The notes: generated by a model from the sequence alone, not told the origin. Counted from the first letter of the stretch, positions 1 through 13,711 are shown. The stretch is 64,000 nucleotides of DNA from Curvularia clavata (GCA_023920165.1 CP089274.1:3844001-3908000), one strand, 5' to 3'. A program made the numbers and translations.

Positions 1-14
1 AATTCCATGCTTAC

Positions 15-737
15 CTCGTTCGTCATCTTCAGATAAATAATCAGTAGACTCCAGACCTGTGCATTTGTCTCCTGTAGCACAAAGGAAAAGCCGTCCTTCG
101 TGATCCTCGGACTGCCATGAATCGTCCGCACTAGATCGCCCGTGTGCAGCAGCTTCTTCGTACCAGGACCAACCTCCGCTCTGGAGATGTTATCTTTGCT
201 AAGACCAGCGGCACCACTAACAAGATAGTATAAGATGCCCTCCCATTGTGACCTCGAGTATTCGTCCAAGAACTCTATGCTGACCCGCTTTCCACTTTCT
301 TCTTTCGTGGCCGGTACACCAAAAGAACGATGGGTACCAGAACCCTCGATAGCGTTTCGCAGGCTGCGTTGGAAGCCTGGATTCAATGTCCACGATAGCG
401 TGCCATCATCCTGTCGCGCCGAGGTAATGATATGTAGACGGTCAAGGGTAAAAGTCGCCCTCTCTTTCTCTTTTCGCGCAGTAGGTTTGAACCAGGTATC
501 GAGGTCGGCAGCGGGGAAGGGTGTAGGCATGTAGAGCATAGCCATGACGATTGACTTGGCTGCGAAACGCTATTAGCTCCGCATACCACCACAAGGATTT
601 CTTTGCTTACCGAGATGCGGCAGCATGCAGCGGAATACCGCCAGAACCGTTGAGGGCTGCTCATACAGCTTCTTATGCGTCGCCAGTGGCAGACCCTCGA
701 GGTATTCCAGCGCCTGAGCAGAAGACGATGTCGACAT
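15..737 (-). CDS. TFB2: TFIIH core subunit Tfb2/p52, 5' part; the gene continues off the left edge
   Basis: Manual splice: exon 737-611 (MSTSSSAQALEYLEGLPLATHKKLYEQPSTVLAVFRCMLPHL), GT-AG intron 610-560, exon 559-15 (AKSIVMAMLYMPTPFPAADLDTWFKP...ITKDGFSFVLQETNAQVWSLL), next donor GTAAGC at 14. Matches the fungal Tfb2 N-terminus as I recall it. Confidence 0.88.
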
Positions 738-1059
738 CGTGAGTGGATGTGGTAGACAAGTTACCGCCGCTTTACCGCCGTATTATCATATTCGACTATT
801 AGAATGTGAGGGAGAAAGAGAATAAGGCGAGCAAAACGCGTACGTCGCGCCGTCTTCAGCCTGGTACAGGTCAGAGGTCAAAAGTTTGGCTGCCTTGGTC
901 CACAAAGGTAAAGGTGACGCGCCGAGTGAGCGGAAAGCTGCTCCCCCACAATTCCGCTCCACCCCTGTCTAGCTTCCGACTATGCCTGGCCAACTGCCGA
1001 GCGGGACCAACTACATCACTCTTTCGCACATACGCACACCGAGTGTTGAGACCATTATT

Positions 1060-1955
1060 ATGTCGGCGCTGAAGTTTGTGAGATCGGTAAGCGGTGCAGG
1101 CGGTCAGAAGTACCGGAACCAGGGCCATTGACAAAGAGGATAGGTCTGGGAGTCCTTCCGAGCCAACTCAGGCTTGGAGCCAAGGTACATCCGATGTTCA
1201 GATAGCAACTCAACAATTCATAACTGACTAATTCGAAGGCTCCTGGATGGCGTGAGTATGCTCTTGTAATCCCTCAGCCGGAAGCAACTGGGCTCATCAT
1301 AAATTGATCGCTTAGCTTCGAGTGACCTCGGCAGTGCCAGGACGCGTCCAGTTTGAACTGGAGATTCAAAAAGAGCATACAGTAAGTCATTTACAAAAAC
1401 GCCATCATCTTTCTTATATGTACAAGATCTATCCTTCGCGTTGTTACTGCGTCTAGGGGAAGATCTGATCATCTTGTCTTATCGCTTGCCAACTCACGCT
1501 ACTAGAACCGACTCAACATTCTCCATGGCGGAACAATTGCCAGCATGGGTACTTCCTAGTCACCCCATTCTTAACGCAACCATTCTTAACAAAAGTCACA
1601 GTTGATCTCGGTGGCTCTCTAGCCGTCGCATCCCGCGGCCTTTTCGCAACTGGTGTTTCCACGGACCTGAACGTGACCTACCTATCCTCCGGCGGCAAGA
1701 TTGGAGACTTGATCAAAGCCGAAGTATCATGCGACAAGTGTATGAAATCTCATCATCTGCAATCTTCCAGCTTCCTCTTACTAAATCTGATACACAGTTG
1801 GTAAGACTCTCGCTTTCACATCCATCAACTTCAGCAACAGCAAAGGCGAAGTTTTTGCCCGCGGAAGCCACACCAAGTACGTCGCCTTAGCTTGGAAAGA
1901 TCCAAACAACATTGTCGAAGAGCTATCACCCAAGCCAAGCGAGAAGAAGGATTAA
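1060..1955 (+). CDS. Hotdog-fold acyl-CoA thioesterase (PaaI/ACOT13 family), multi-exon
   Basis: Small exons spliced by hand: MSALKFVRS / VWESFRANSGLEPR / LLDG / LRVTSAVPGRVQFELEIQKEHT / NRLNILHGGTIASM / VDLGGSLAVASRGLFATGVSTDLNVTYL... / GKTLAFTSINFSNSKGEVFARGSHTKYV...KKD*. HGG motif is typical of the family. Confidence 0.85.
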
Positions 1956-2243
1956 CTATGCTGTATTTGGTATTGATTCCTAGAATTACATCCACCTTGT
2001 CATACGCTATTTATTGATGTGCGCTTTGCTTGCACTCGTTCGGGCTCCAACTCCACTCTCATAAGATTACACTGCGACTTTTCCTGCATCCCCATTTGAG
2101 AAAAAAGATGTTTTATCAACCCCAACCTTGCGTCTAAGCCTCGTTGGGTGATGAATGGGTCACGTAACCATCCAGAGAACCTAGTCGCCCTTCACATCTC
2201 TTTTGCCGCACAGATACATCTACGCGTTCTCAGAAGATGTTTC

Positions 2244-4607
2244 CTAACTTTCCTCCGATCTGTTGTGTTGTTTCGATTCATCCGCTTTATTCCATCCTGT
2301 AACCTTCATAAGATTGGCGAGGCTGCTCTTGCGTGGGGTCAGTTTCTTTATCGCTCGACCCAGGGCCCCAGTCTCAGCTTCTGCTGGAGCTGTTTTGCTT
2401 TCTCTTTCATACCAAGGTCTCGTTGGACGATCAGCTAGATTGCTGAGTAGCTTGTTGTCTTTTCGATACTTGTGCTCGAACACCTACGAGAAACCAGTCA
2501 GTCGTAATCTACGAGCAAGGAATGCGCTGCATACCCAAAGACTGTCCGCTGCTTTATCTGAGATACATAAGTCACGTAACTGCGCGAGTATGTGACAGAC
2601 AACAAGATTCTCCTGGTCCAGCTTGTATATGCTCAGTGGGCATGACGTTTTGAGGCCCGACTGAATGTCCAACTCTGCATTCATGGCATCAGTGCGCCAC
2701 TGATCATATCGAGACTGAAACCGACCAGCCCAATACTGCGGTGGCATATAGTCTCCGACCTGAGAAAAGGCAGTGTTAGCAACATCTGGCATCGCTTGCT
2801 CTCGAAAATCTCCTGGCGATTCGCCTGAAGGGTCCTCAGAAGATGGTATCGCTCCATTGGATGTGGAGGTTGTTACCAGTTTTGGATGATGAAGCGCATT
2901 CGACGTCAAGGGAAATACTGTGGAGCTGACTATTGACGAAGCAGGGCTATCAGAACGTGAAGGAGCGCTTTCAGCCTCGACGAGAACAGTCTTGCTATCA
3001 TGACCCGCAATTTGCCCAGAGTTCTCTTCAATGATTGACCGGCATAAGGTTGCGTCTGATCTCATCCTGCCATGACAAGGCTTGGTAGGTATATCGTGCA
3101 TCATATGGTACTGTCGTGTTATGCCTGATATGGATGACTTCTTGTAATTTCCTGGTAGAGGAGGTACCGGCGGAGTATCTTCCAGCTGAGATCCAAAGTT
3201 ATGGAAGGTCTGGGAGCGCGGAAGCTTGCTCACCTCGGGGTTTACTGCTCCAAACGCACGAGCTGGCCTCGAAACGTCACTCAAACTATTCGGTTTGCTT
3301 GATGTTTTCATCAACAAATCCGTTTGTGTACACGATCGTAGCAAAGATTGCTTCGAGGGCTCGACTCCATGCAATATTGGAGTCCTCGAGGTGTCTAGCA
3401 TAGAAAGCTTTGGGACGGGGCCAGACTTTATCGTTAGACGGTTTGGTGTTTGTGAAACGACCTGATCGCCACGCTGAATCCTCTTCACAGTGACTGGCGT
3501 GTTCTGAGAATTATGTGAGATAATTCGCTTGCTTGCAGTTGGCGGAGTTGCGAAGCTGGTTCCTTTACCCTGCATAACGGGAGTGCTTTCTCCGAAGGAC
3601 CTCCTGTCGTATAAGGTTCCGGCAACTGAGAGAGACTCGCGCTTCAACTCCCTCTCTTGGGTCTGGGACCGCTTACTGGTAACTCGCTTATCCATAGGAA
3701 TGTTTTCTTGTAATACTGGCTTATCGGATGTTTGGGCTGCAACAGATCTCCTAGGTCCTGGCTTTCTTGGAGCCATGAATCTTGCGGTCTGCAGCTTATT
3801 GGACCCCTTCACAGCATTTTGCGTTGCACGTGATTGTAATGGCTGTGAATTCTTTGCAGCGGCGGTGCGGGGGGAACTGTTGTTGGCCCTGGTGAAAGTG
3901 TAACTTGCTGCAACGTGTTTGTCTTGTTTTGATGCACTGCAGACGGCATGGTGGTGAATATATCGACGTGGACTATAGCAACGATGTTCGTATATTTCAG
4001 GACTTGGTGAGGGAATCTTCGTAGGTACGGACTCAAATTCGGGCTGAGACATCGGCGCGGGAAGATCCGCCTTAACAACTCCATCGATGTCTGCAGTGTA
4101 AACGTTAGGCATAGGCTTTACAGGTAGGGGGATGAAGCCCAACGTGCATGAGCGAGGCAGTGGCTTAAGGGTGGCATGAGCGTCGACGCTTTTAGCTGGC
4201 CCGTGGGTATTCGATTTTTCTGCTTTGCCCCTTGCCGTCTTCACCAAGTCTATGAGTGAGACGGATTTGTGCGCTGGTAAAACTGGAGCATCGCATACAA
4301 GCGTCGCCGTGGAGGCGTCGGTCGCAAGGGAATCAGTGACAGCCAGTAGAGGTGCCTCCAGCTGGTCACGTCCTGGGGTAACTTTCCGCTGTGATAGAGG
4401 ATTTGAGATCAGAGAGGAGAAGCTGTGACTGAGTTTCCTCCTAAACTTGCTGGCGCCGTTCCCATTCGATTCTACGCTCGTAGGCTGTTGAGGTGTGGGT
4501 TTGTCCCTCCAGCCTGCCATCTCGGCTTGCCCTTCTTCACTTGGCTGTGCAGTCTCCCACTGAGCTCGTATCTGTTCAAATCTTTGTCTATTCGGATATG
4601 TCAGCAT
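2244..4607 (-). CDS. Hypothetical S/P/T-rich, probably disordered protein with a C-terminal YWAGRFQS-type domain
   Basis: The 707-aa ORF joins the 79-aa ORF (2244-2483) through intron 2534-2484 (GTATGC...CTGAC...TAG). Confidence 0.7.
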
Positions 4608-5237
4608 GTTGGCAATATATTGAAAAGTGTCTGTCGAGAAAAAGCACTTGCCTTCGTCGAGAAACTATTGGTGGTGCTTTGTTCGCAAAGTTAACGTGGA
4701 AGGAATGACACAGGTGCTCTGACAATGCAATCTCGACTCGGCTGGGTACAAGCAAACACCGGTGAAAGGGTAGGAGCGGGTCCATAGGTAAACAAACGCT
4801 CTACACAGTGTATCCAGCGTCTTGGCACGTGCCAACACGCGAGCTCTCATTGTGAGCAGAAAACTACGTCAGCCCTTGCAAGTAATTGTGCGATATTAAA
4901 AACCCATTTATGCCTGCTCTATTTAGTTCTCGACATTGTTGGGTGTGCTTTCAGGATTTGGTGGCTAGAGAGTGGGCTGTTTGGAATTGATGTCTACATT
5001 GGATAGATAAATCCACTTGTACCCTGCACAATCACGGTTATATACTGAGCCGCAATGCCATATTTAACTCAGTTTTCTCTAGCTGGCTGCCTTTACCCCT
5101 GCACTTCTTGGTTATATCTCACGTGATCTGGTGGGGGTGGCTGTAGTATACCAAGGCAGCAGTGATAGAACGACAATGTCAGGCTCACCGTACCACTCAC
5201 CAATCTAATATGTACATAGTTCTAACTTCCGATCGCG

Positions 5238-7895
5238 ATGTCCTCTATTCCATATTTTGACTGTTATCGCGAACCTTTATTGCTAGACAGTATACGCTTA
5301 CTTCGCCTACTTCCTAATGAAGACAAAACAGCGCCTATCCAATGCGAGCTCTTCCACTACCCTCTGCAAGAGTCGGGCAGACGAACACATCCATACGAAG
5401 CTTTGTCTTACGTATGGGGTGGTTCGGACAAGCCTAAATCTGTTTTTATACGCGATCGCAACTCTAAAAGTGGGCATGATGCTAGGAGCGGATGCGACCT
5501 ACTTGTGACCGAAAATCTTCACATGGCATTGATACATCTTCGATACCACTTCTATGAGAGAATTATATGGATTGATGCTGTTTGCATCAATCAAAACGAT
5601 GAGCGAGAGAAAGAACAACAAATCCAGTTTATGGCGAAGATCTACGCTCTAGCGAATCGCGTAGTTGTTTGGCTTGGGGAGACAGCGGATAACAGCGACC
5701 ATGCGCTCCATTGGATACGCGATACTGGAGGCAAGAGCTCGAAAATTTCTACAAGCGATGAAGCTATTCAGCAAGCAGTTATCGCGCTACTTCAACGACC
5801 GTGGTTTCGACGCATCTGGGTATGGAAAAATAGAACCTGTTCAATTTTACCAATGGCTAAGAGATGGATCTAGGTACTCCAAGAAGTCGCTGCGGCTCGC
5901 CGAATCTCAATTATGTGTGGTGATGCAGAGATTGATGGTTACGCCTTCAGCTTAGTTGTGGATTCTCTTGAAGGGTTTAACCAAACTCGTATAGACTTGC
6001 AGAGTTTGGCCCGTTCAGTGACCTACCTAATAAGGGGAGCAATCTTCAGGCCTGACTTCTCTGTGAGCGGATTAGGCAGGACGTCCCTAGATATTTGCCC
6101 ACTTGGTGAGCTGATGGATATGTACCATAGCCATGAGGCTACTAAGCGTCATGATAAGGTGTTCGCCTTGCTTGGTATGAGCTCTGATGATCTTAGCAAC
6201 TTCAAGCTGTTACCCGATTACAGAGTTCCATGGGAGGAACTCTTCCAGCGACTGACTAAATATTTACTGAGCGAAGAGATATCTGTAGAGGTTCGGGGCG
6301 ATGAGAGGGAGATTGCAGTAATCGAAGGCAAGGGCTGTATTCTTGGTAGGGTGTTTTTGGTCCAAAGCGATATTGTTCAAGATGAAAGAGAGGGTGTGAA
6401 TGTCATTTTCAAGAATAAAGAGGGAAGCATTCGTTTGACTCTTCAGGCATCAGCAAAACCCGTCCAAGATGGAGACCTTATTTGCCTTCTCCAAGGAGCT
6501 TCAAGGCCGACAATTATTAGGCAGCGTCAAGGTTGCTTTGACATTATCATGATTGCTTCTAAGCCCCCAGAGAAAATTCCAGTGAGGGACGGATATGTCG
6601 AGTGGCCAAGATTTTTGCAATCAGGACTACTCTTCACCCGCGATTTTGTGCTCATCTGGGACTGGGAAATCTCTGTGGAGAATTTTCAGACCTTAGAAGG
6701 AGATGATCGGTCGCTAGAATATTCGACAGACCTCACAGGCAGTTTGGACAAGGCAACTAGAATGTGGAACATTGCACTCATATTAGAAGATTTGGAAGAG
6801 TATGAAGAGGCGGAAATGAAAACCAGAGAAGCAATCAGAGGGTATGAGATAGCTTTGGGATTGCAGCATCCGTACACACTGAGAAGCGAATACGGTCTGA
6901 CACCGCTATTGTGGGCCGCAGAGAATGGGCACGTTAGTGTGGTGTCACTACTACTTGTGAAATATGATGTCGATCCAGATTGGAAGGACAGTGAAGTCGG
7001 TCGAACGCCACTATCATGGGCGGCTGAGGGAGGTCACGAGGCTGTGGTCAAGTCACTACTCATGACGGGCAAGGTGAAGGTTGATTCAAAGGACGAATAC
7101 AGTCGAACACCGTTGTCATGGGCAGCCGAGGGAGGTCATGAGGCTGTAGTCAAGCTACTACTTGAGACGGGAAAGGTTGAAGTCGACTCAAGAGATAGTT
7201 ATGGTCGGACGCCGCTCTGGTGGGCAGCTAAAGGAGGACATGAGACTGTGGTCAAGCAGTTGCTCGAGACTGACAGTGTCGAGGAGGTCGACTTGAAGGA
7301 CAATTGTGGCCACACACCACTTTGGTGGGCGGCTAAAGGTGGGCATGAGGCCGTTGTCAAGCTACTGCTTAAAACGGGAAAGGTTGAAGTCAACTCAAAG
7401 GACAGTTCCGATCGGACACCGCTGTCATGGGCAGCCGAGGGAGGTTATGAGACCGTCGTTGAGCTACTACTTAGGACAAGCAAGGTGGAAGTAGACTCAA
7501 AGGACAATTCTGGTCGGACGCCGCTCTCGTGGGCAGCCGAGGGAGGTCACGAGGCCGCGGTCAGGCTATTGCTTGAGACGGGCAAGGTCGAGATCAACTC
7601 GAAAGACCGGCGGTATCTTCGGACGCCGCTCTCTTGGGCAACAAAGGAAGGACATGAAGCTATAGTCAACATATTGCTCGAGGCAGACAAAGTCAAAATC
7701 GATTTGCAGGACTGGATGGGTCGGACACCGCTCTTGTGGGCAGCCAAAGGAGGCCACGAAGCTATAGTTAAGCTGCTGCTTGAGAAAGGTAAAGTTGAGA
7801 TCAACTTGCGTGATTATATGGGTCGGACACCGCTCTCATGGGCAGTCGAGGGAGGGCATGAAGCCATCGTCAAGTTGCTGGAACCAAACACTTGA
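5238..7895 (+). CDS. HET-domain (heterokaryon incompatibility) protein with C-terminal ankyrin repeats
   Basis: HET motifs IRLLRL, YEALSYVWG, WIDAVCINQ, QIQFMAKIY, WFRRIW|VLQE joined across intron 5820-5873; about ten GRTPLSWAAEGGHEAVVKLLL repeats follow. Confidence 0.9.
6895..7885 (+). repeat. Tandem ankyrin-coding repeat array (about 10 units of ~102 bp)
   Basis: Recurring nucleotide unit (cggacaccgctctcatgggcagccgagggaggtcatgagg and variants) and near-identical peptide units. Confidence 0.9.
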
Positions 7896-8682
7896 TAGTT
7901 CATTCCACAATTCATCCTCTTGCCTACTGCGCCGCCCAAATTCCTTGTGTACTTGATGAAAGAGTCTACTTGAACATATCTTCACTTGGAAACTGCTGGG
8001 TTGAAATTAGGTCAAATGTTCAGACACAAGTCAAATATTGAGTCTCTATTGGCGTTATAGTTGGTACAACTTTGTCACCGTAGACTGCTGTTAATGTTCT
8101 CAGTGGTGGCGCAGCCTTGAAACACATACAGTACAACAGTATTGACTCTCGTTCGACTCAATTGACTTCAGTGTCATTTTATGACCATTTCTACCAGATC
8201 ACGTGTGATGTGTTTGTGGTGAAGTATGTCGGGAAAGAAGTAGCTAGACATAGTAGGTTTCTATGACTTGGCTTAACATAGATCCGCGAGAATGTAGGCA
8301 TAAGCTAGCAACTGTGCATTCCCATGCTATCTTCCACGGTCTTGCTTGGAGACAAAGCATTGTATTCTACAAAAAGAGAAGCTCAAACCATTGTTGACCT
8401 CAGTTACCCGAATTAAAATATCGTCATCGTGTAAGATACGCAATGGCCCTTGGTAGTGGTAAAGAATGTTGCTTAAACATAAAAAAGGAAGAGCATCGTC
8501 TAAAGCCATGACGAGGAACTGTCGCCATTCACATGTTCATTACATGAACGCACATCACTGTTGGTGCCACGAGACATGACAAAGTTTCGAAAAGAAATTG
8601 ATGGGTATTCAACATATGCAAACTACAGAACCTAGCAACACTCCTTGCCATGCAGCCATTATTCCCTATTTGACGGCCTCGC

Positions 8683-11600
8683 TCACTCAGAATCGCTATC
8701 AATAACAAACCCAGCCCTCATATTGCGCCCAGCTGGCCGTCTCACCACTGGTGCGTCATCTTCATCTTCTTCATCAGAATCCGCATTCGTCATTGTAACA
8801 TCAGTATCTTTCTCGACAACAGTATGTGGTTTCCTCGGTGTATCAGCGTCGCTGGCTATTAAGGCGTTGGCATTCTGAGACGATAATGGGGTATCGGTAG
8901 CTTCTTCTTCGTTCCCGTCGTCATCATCCTCGAGAATATTGCCAGCAGCCTCAGATGTCGCCCTACTACTTGTAGCCTCCTCAGCGTCGTCGTCGCTGTC
9001 ATCAAATAAGGCCTTTCGCTTTGGTGGGCTCTTGCGTCTCTTACTCTTCTTGGTAGGCTCATCTGCTTTCCTCTTTTTCGAAGCAACAGGCTCTATAGTT
9101 CCAAGAACGAGGGACTGCTTGAAGACCTTCATGTTCTCTTCCCGAATAGCTTCCTCTCTCGCAAAGAAGGCAGCATCCTTTTCAGCATCCCAATCTTCGT
9201 CATCAGAGTCGTGGACAAACATTGTACTTAGTGCCTTGGCTTGTTTCTCGATTTCTCGCTTTCGTCGAGCCTCGGCTCTACGGTCCTTTTCTTCGTCGTC
9301 GAGCTCGACAGGCGTACGTTGTCTACGACGTCGCTTCAGCTTTTTTCGAGGTGCATCGCTTTCCCTTGTAGTTGGGCCGCCCTGGGCGTACTCTCCATGG
9401 TCTTCTTCCATATCGTCATCTATGCCGTTATCAGAATCGTCGTCAAAATCTACTCGCCGAGTCGAGCGGCGTGAGGCAGCCGCCTTGCTTCGGAGCAAAT
9501 CTTCTGGTGCTTTGCCGTCCTCATACGTTGGCGGATCGAATTCGAACTTGCGAATAAGATCAATGGATTCCTGTAGTTGCGCTGACGTAAGGGACGACGG
9601 CACAATCCACGTAGCGTCTGGATCGTGATGTTCGCCTAACCGTTCAAAGCCGACTAATTTCATAAGCAGTCGCAGCTTGTTGTCTTTGAACATGGCCACG
9701 CGACGTTCTTCAGTGTCATGTTTGATTACTAGACAAGTTAGTCGACCGATACGAACAGAATCTTTCATCGTCTTGCTTACAAATGGTCGGAGGCTTTGTT
9801 GTCTCGGCCTCTGTGTCTTCGGGGGCTGCTTCACCCTCCGGCCGCTCCACATCTGCAGTCAAGATTTTCTGTGCTTCTGCCGCCTCTTCCCATGCCTTTC
9901 GCTCTTCAGCTGCCGAAGTGAGAACATCTCGAACCCACCGGAGCGCATCGGATTTTGATTGATTGACAAGTACCCCGACAGCAACACCAATTTGCTCCTG
10001 TGGTTCCAAACCAGGTTTGACTTCCAGCTCTGCCGGCGCCCGTGGGGTTTTGACCGTTACCTCGCGCTCGTACCCATGTTCAAGGAAGAAGAGGGTTGCT
10101 GGAATCTTGCTGAACAGCATCTCGACTACGAGCTCTGGCCTCTCCTGTACCTTCTTGACTACCTGTCTGAAGAAGTGCTTGACAAAATCGTCCCATTCTC
10201 TGTAAACAGGTGACTCGGGATCGAGACCTCCGGGACCCTTCATCATTTTGTTGAACAAATGGAGGATGTCGACTCGACATAGGAGAACTCCTAGCTCCAT
10301 CTTAAATGCTACACGATGGAAGAAACGATGCGCGCGCTTCAGTTGCTCAGTGTCTAGGTCGTTGAAATACTTGGTAAATGCCACAAAAGTGTTGACACTG
10401 CTCTGGTTCACGAACTTAGCCGAAAAGCGGTGGAAGTCAAACTTGCGTTCTGAAACGGTCTTCTGAGCCTGTTGTAAGTCTTCGGTCTCCGAAACATGAC
10501 CTTCTTCTTCCCCTTCCTCGCCTTCCTTGTCTGCTTTCTTCTTCTTGATCTTCCGGGCTCTTCGTTTCGATCGAATGTGCATATCCACGTTCTGTTTTGA
10601 GTAACGCTCTAGCATTCGCAAAAATACGTGAGATAATTCAGTGACCGCATCCAGATAGCCAAAGCCTTGGTCCTTGTATGACCGTAGGATCGCAACGATC
10701 CGGTCATGTGTTGCCTCTTCGTAGAAGATACGATTTTGTATGTTTTCGGCGATTTCTTGGTCTTCCTCTAATGCTGATTCGGACATTTCGTGAACCGTGA
10801 GCAGGATTTGAGTGAAACACTTTAGTCCAGCGTTCAAATCTCGCCACGCCTTCTCATCCTGACTCTTCTGCATGAAACGGTTAAGTAAGATAAAGGTCTC
10901 CTGGTTCATGACTTCGGCTACCAAGCCATAGCTTTCATCTTCAGCGGAAAGAACTTCTGGGCTGTTTGGGTCAGCAGCTTTCTCCTTCATTGTCCGCCGC
11001 CGGGCGCATTCCGCTCGTAGAAACCATGAGACAAGGTAGAAGAATTGCCTTGGATGCCGTGTCTCCACGCGTTCATTTTCACGCTCAATGGCTTTGCGCA
11101 GATGTAAGAACAAAGGATTGAAAGACGAGTCGAGGAACTCTTCAACAAAGGTTTTGATGTGTTTTCGGGCTGAAGAGGTCAGTGGCACGGGTAGGTCAAA
11201 CTCTTCCCTCTCCTCGCTGCTATCCTGCTTGCGTCCGGGTCGCCTGGGTTTGTTCCACTTTTTTGTTTCGTCCATCTTTTGCATACTGGCTTGTGCTTTA
11301 CCCAGTACGTCTTGTCCAGAGATGGTAGTGACTTTCTCGTCGTCTCGCTTCATCCAGATCATGGTGCCGAACCGGTTGTGTCGGGTCGGCGCATGGCGTG
11401 CATAGCCTGCGAGCATAGCCTTTTCTTTCTGAATCAGGCTCTTGAGCTCATCTTTGTTCTTGGAGTTGAGCTTTTTCTCTTCCATGAACAGTTTTTCAGC
11501 ATCAATTCCCTTAAGCAGGAAGAAAAGAATTTCCAGTACGATGACGTCCTGGCTCACAAAATCCTCTCCAATGCTTGACGCAATACTCAAGATGGCCTGA

Positions 11601-12367
11601 AATATATCCTGCTCGTGGAAGGTATCGATCGTGGCAGAACGAGACACCTCAGCCTCGTCGATATCCATTGGCGCGCTATTGGGAGGCGCAAGCATGGCGA
11701 TGTTGCGTATGAAGTATAGGGCAATCCGAATGATGCCCTCATCTCGCGGAGTTCGCTCTCGGAGGGATACAGCCATGGACGGGAGAGCGATTTTGACAGC
11801 GGTTTGCAGGGTTCTATCTCGGTCGAATTGCAGGATGGCGCGCTTATAGCCCATCTGTGCAAGCTGAATGTACGGTCCATGACGATGGTGGTTGACGGTT
11901 GCTTCGGTGGGGTCGATCTCGAAGGGCCATGTGAGAGGGACAAGGAGTTCGACTAGGATAGTCAGCAGGAACTCGAGAACTGAGGAACTGGTGCATACGT
12001 GTTGCGACTGCGATCTTGTGTTTCCACGAACTCTCTACCACCGTCGGTGATATCTTTGCGAGTATTTCCAGCAAGTCTCCCTTGACAAGGTTTGCCTCGG
12101 CCATGCATCGAGCGACATCACGCCGGTTGTGATGGCCATCAGCGAACTTGAGCCATTTTCTGAGATCTTTGAGACACAGTAAAGCGTCATGGCCGAGAGA
12201 GTATGTGCCATCGTCACCAATTCCACCGAGCTGAAGACATTACTTAGCGAGAATCACAGATGTTGTTAGAAATGAAAACGTACAGCAGAAATCAAACTGT
12301 AGACATGAGCGCGCACTTCGGGATTGACGGGGTCCGACGCCCACTCGTCCAGCGTTGTCTGTGTCAT
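8683..12367 (-). CDS. TOF1: Replication fork protection factor Tof1/Swi1/Timeless
   Basis: N-terminus DPVNPEVRAHVYSLISA|LGG, then AEANLVKGDLL, PTRHNRFGTMIW, NIQNRIFYEEATHD, KRAHRFFHRVAFK, and an acidic tail ending GFVIDSDSE; several GT-AG introns join the ORF-track pieces. Confidence 0.88.
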
Positions 12368-12423
12368 TGTCGTGGTTGACGTGCGAATCGCCGTCGTCGG
12401 GGCTCGTCGCGATATTCCCCAGG

Positions 12424-12437
12424 ACGCGTCGACGCGT
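12424..12437. promoter_or_regulatory. Two tandem MCB-like boxes (ACGCGT-CG-ACGCGT, a 14-bp palindrome) upstream of TOF1
   Basis: Sequence acgcgtcgacgcgt lies ~60 bp upstream of the TOF1 ATG in the divergent TOF1/dehydrogenase promoter. Confidence 0.5.
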
Positions 12438-12638
12438 AAATTGATCCAAACCGCGCAAACTTGCCAAGCCAAATAGGGCTGAGCGTCCCGCATTCCCGCC
12501 CGCCAACCAACGTCATGCCTCGGCTAGGCTGTGCGCGGTTCTCGTCGGCTGGGCGAGTGCTGGGGTGCCGCATCACATGCAGCGTTCCTAACTTTTGTTG
12601 TTTCCTGCAATCCAATTCAATTGTATCTGCCATACGCA

Positions 12639-13651
12639 ATGTTTTCCACAGCCTCGAGACAAGCCGTCCGATGTGTCGGCAGGCAGCAATGCCGCGCCTT
12701 TAGCTCAACTCCCAATGTTGGAGCCGCTGCGGAGGTGAAGAAGCTGGGTGTTATTGGAGCCGGTCAAATGGTAAGTACTGGGTGTATGGAGCTGCTGTCG
12801 CTCGAACCTAACATATCCAGGGCCTTGGGATTGCTCTTGTAGCAGCGCAAAAGGCCTCGATCCCCGTGCGATTGATTGATAACTCGCAAGCCTCCATCGA
12901 CAAGGGCCTCAAGTTCGCCGACAAGCTGCTTGAGAAAGACGTAGGAAAAGGACGCATCTCCAAAGAAGATGCCGCAGTAGTACGCGAGCGCTTGGTTTCC
13001 AGCACACAGCTGGAAGACCTCTCCGACGTCGACTTTGTCATCGAAGCTGTACCCGAAATCCCAGACTTGAAGCACAAGATCTTCTCGCAACTCGCTCAAA
13101 TCTGCCCCTCTCATGCCGTCCTCGCTACAAACACGTCGTCAATTTCCATCACCAAGATTGCGGCCAGCACCACAAAAGACCCAACCGATCTCTCTGCTTC
13201 CTCGCGCGTTATCAGCACACATTTCATGAACCCAGTACCTGTGCAGAAAGGCGTAGAAATCATCACTGGACTACAAACATCCCAAGACACCATCGACACA
13301 GCTATTGCCTTTTGCGAGAAGATGGGAAAGATCCCATCCAAGTCCGCTGACTCGCCTGGCTTCCTCGCCAACCGCATTCTCATGCCGTACATCAACGAAG
13401 CCGTCATTTGCCTGGAGACAGGTGTAGGCGCCAAAGAGGATATCGACAGCATCATGAAGAACGGCACAAATGTGCCCATGGGACCACTTCAGCTGGCAGA
13501 TTTCATTGGCATTGACACATGTTTGGCTATCATGCAAGTCCTGTACCATGACACTGGCGACTCCAAGTACAGGCCTGCTGTTCTGCTGAAGAAAATGGTA
13601 GACGCTGGCTGGCTAGGAAAGAAGAGCGGCAAGGGCTTCTATGATTATTAG
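12639..13651 (+). CDS. 3-hydroxyacyl(butyryl)-CoA dehydrogenase, probably mitochondrial
   Basis: Arg-rich presequence [11 protein letters not shown]..., Rossmann VIGAGQM|GLGIA across intron 12771-12820, [60 protein letters not shown]. Confidence 0.93.
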
Positions 13652-13711
13652 AATTGTAGTAGAAGTACATCAAACAAAATGAGAAAATATCCGCTTGCTG
13701 TATGATTTCCC

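Noticed and set aside
6895..7885. Regularly spaced repeats as a CRISPR-like array
   Set aside because: They are in-frame ankyrin codons in a eukaryotic gene; no spacers and no cas genes.
5913..7895. Stand-alone ankyrin gene
   Set aside because: Intron 5820-5873 joins it in frame to the HET exon (WFRRIW|VLQE).
8939..9628. 229-aa Ser-rich plus-strand ORF
   Set aside because: Antisense shadow of the acidic TOF1 tail; no domain features.
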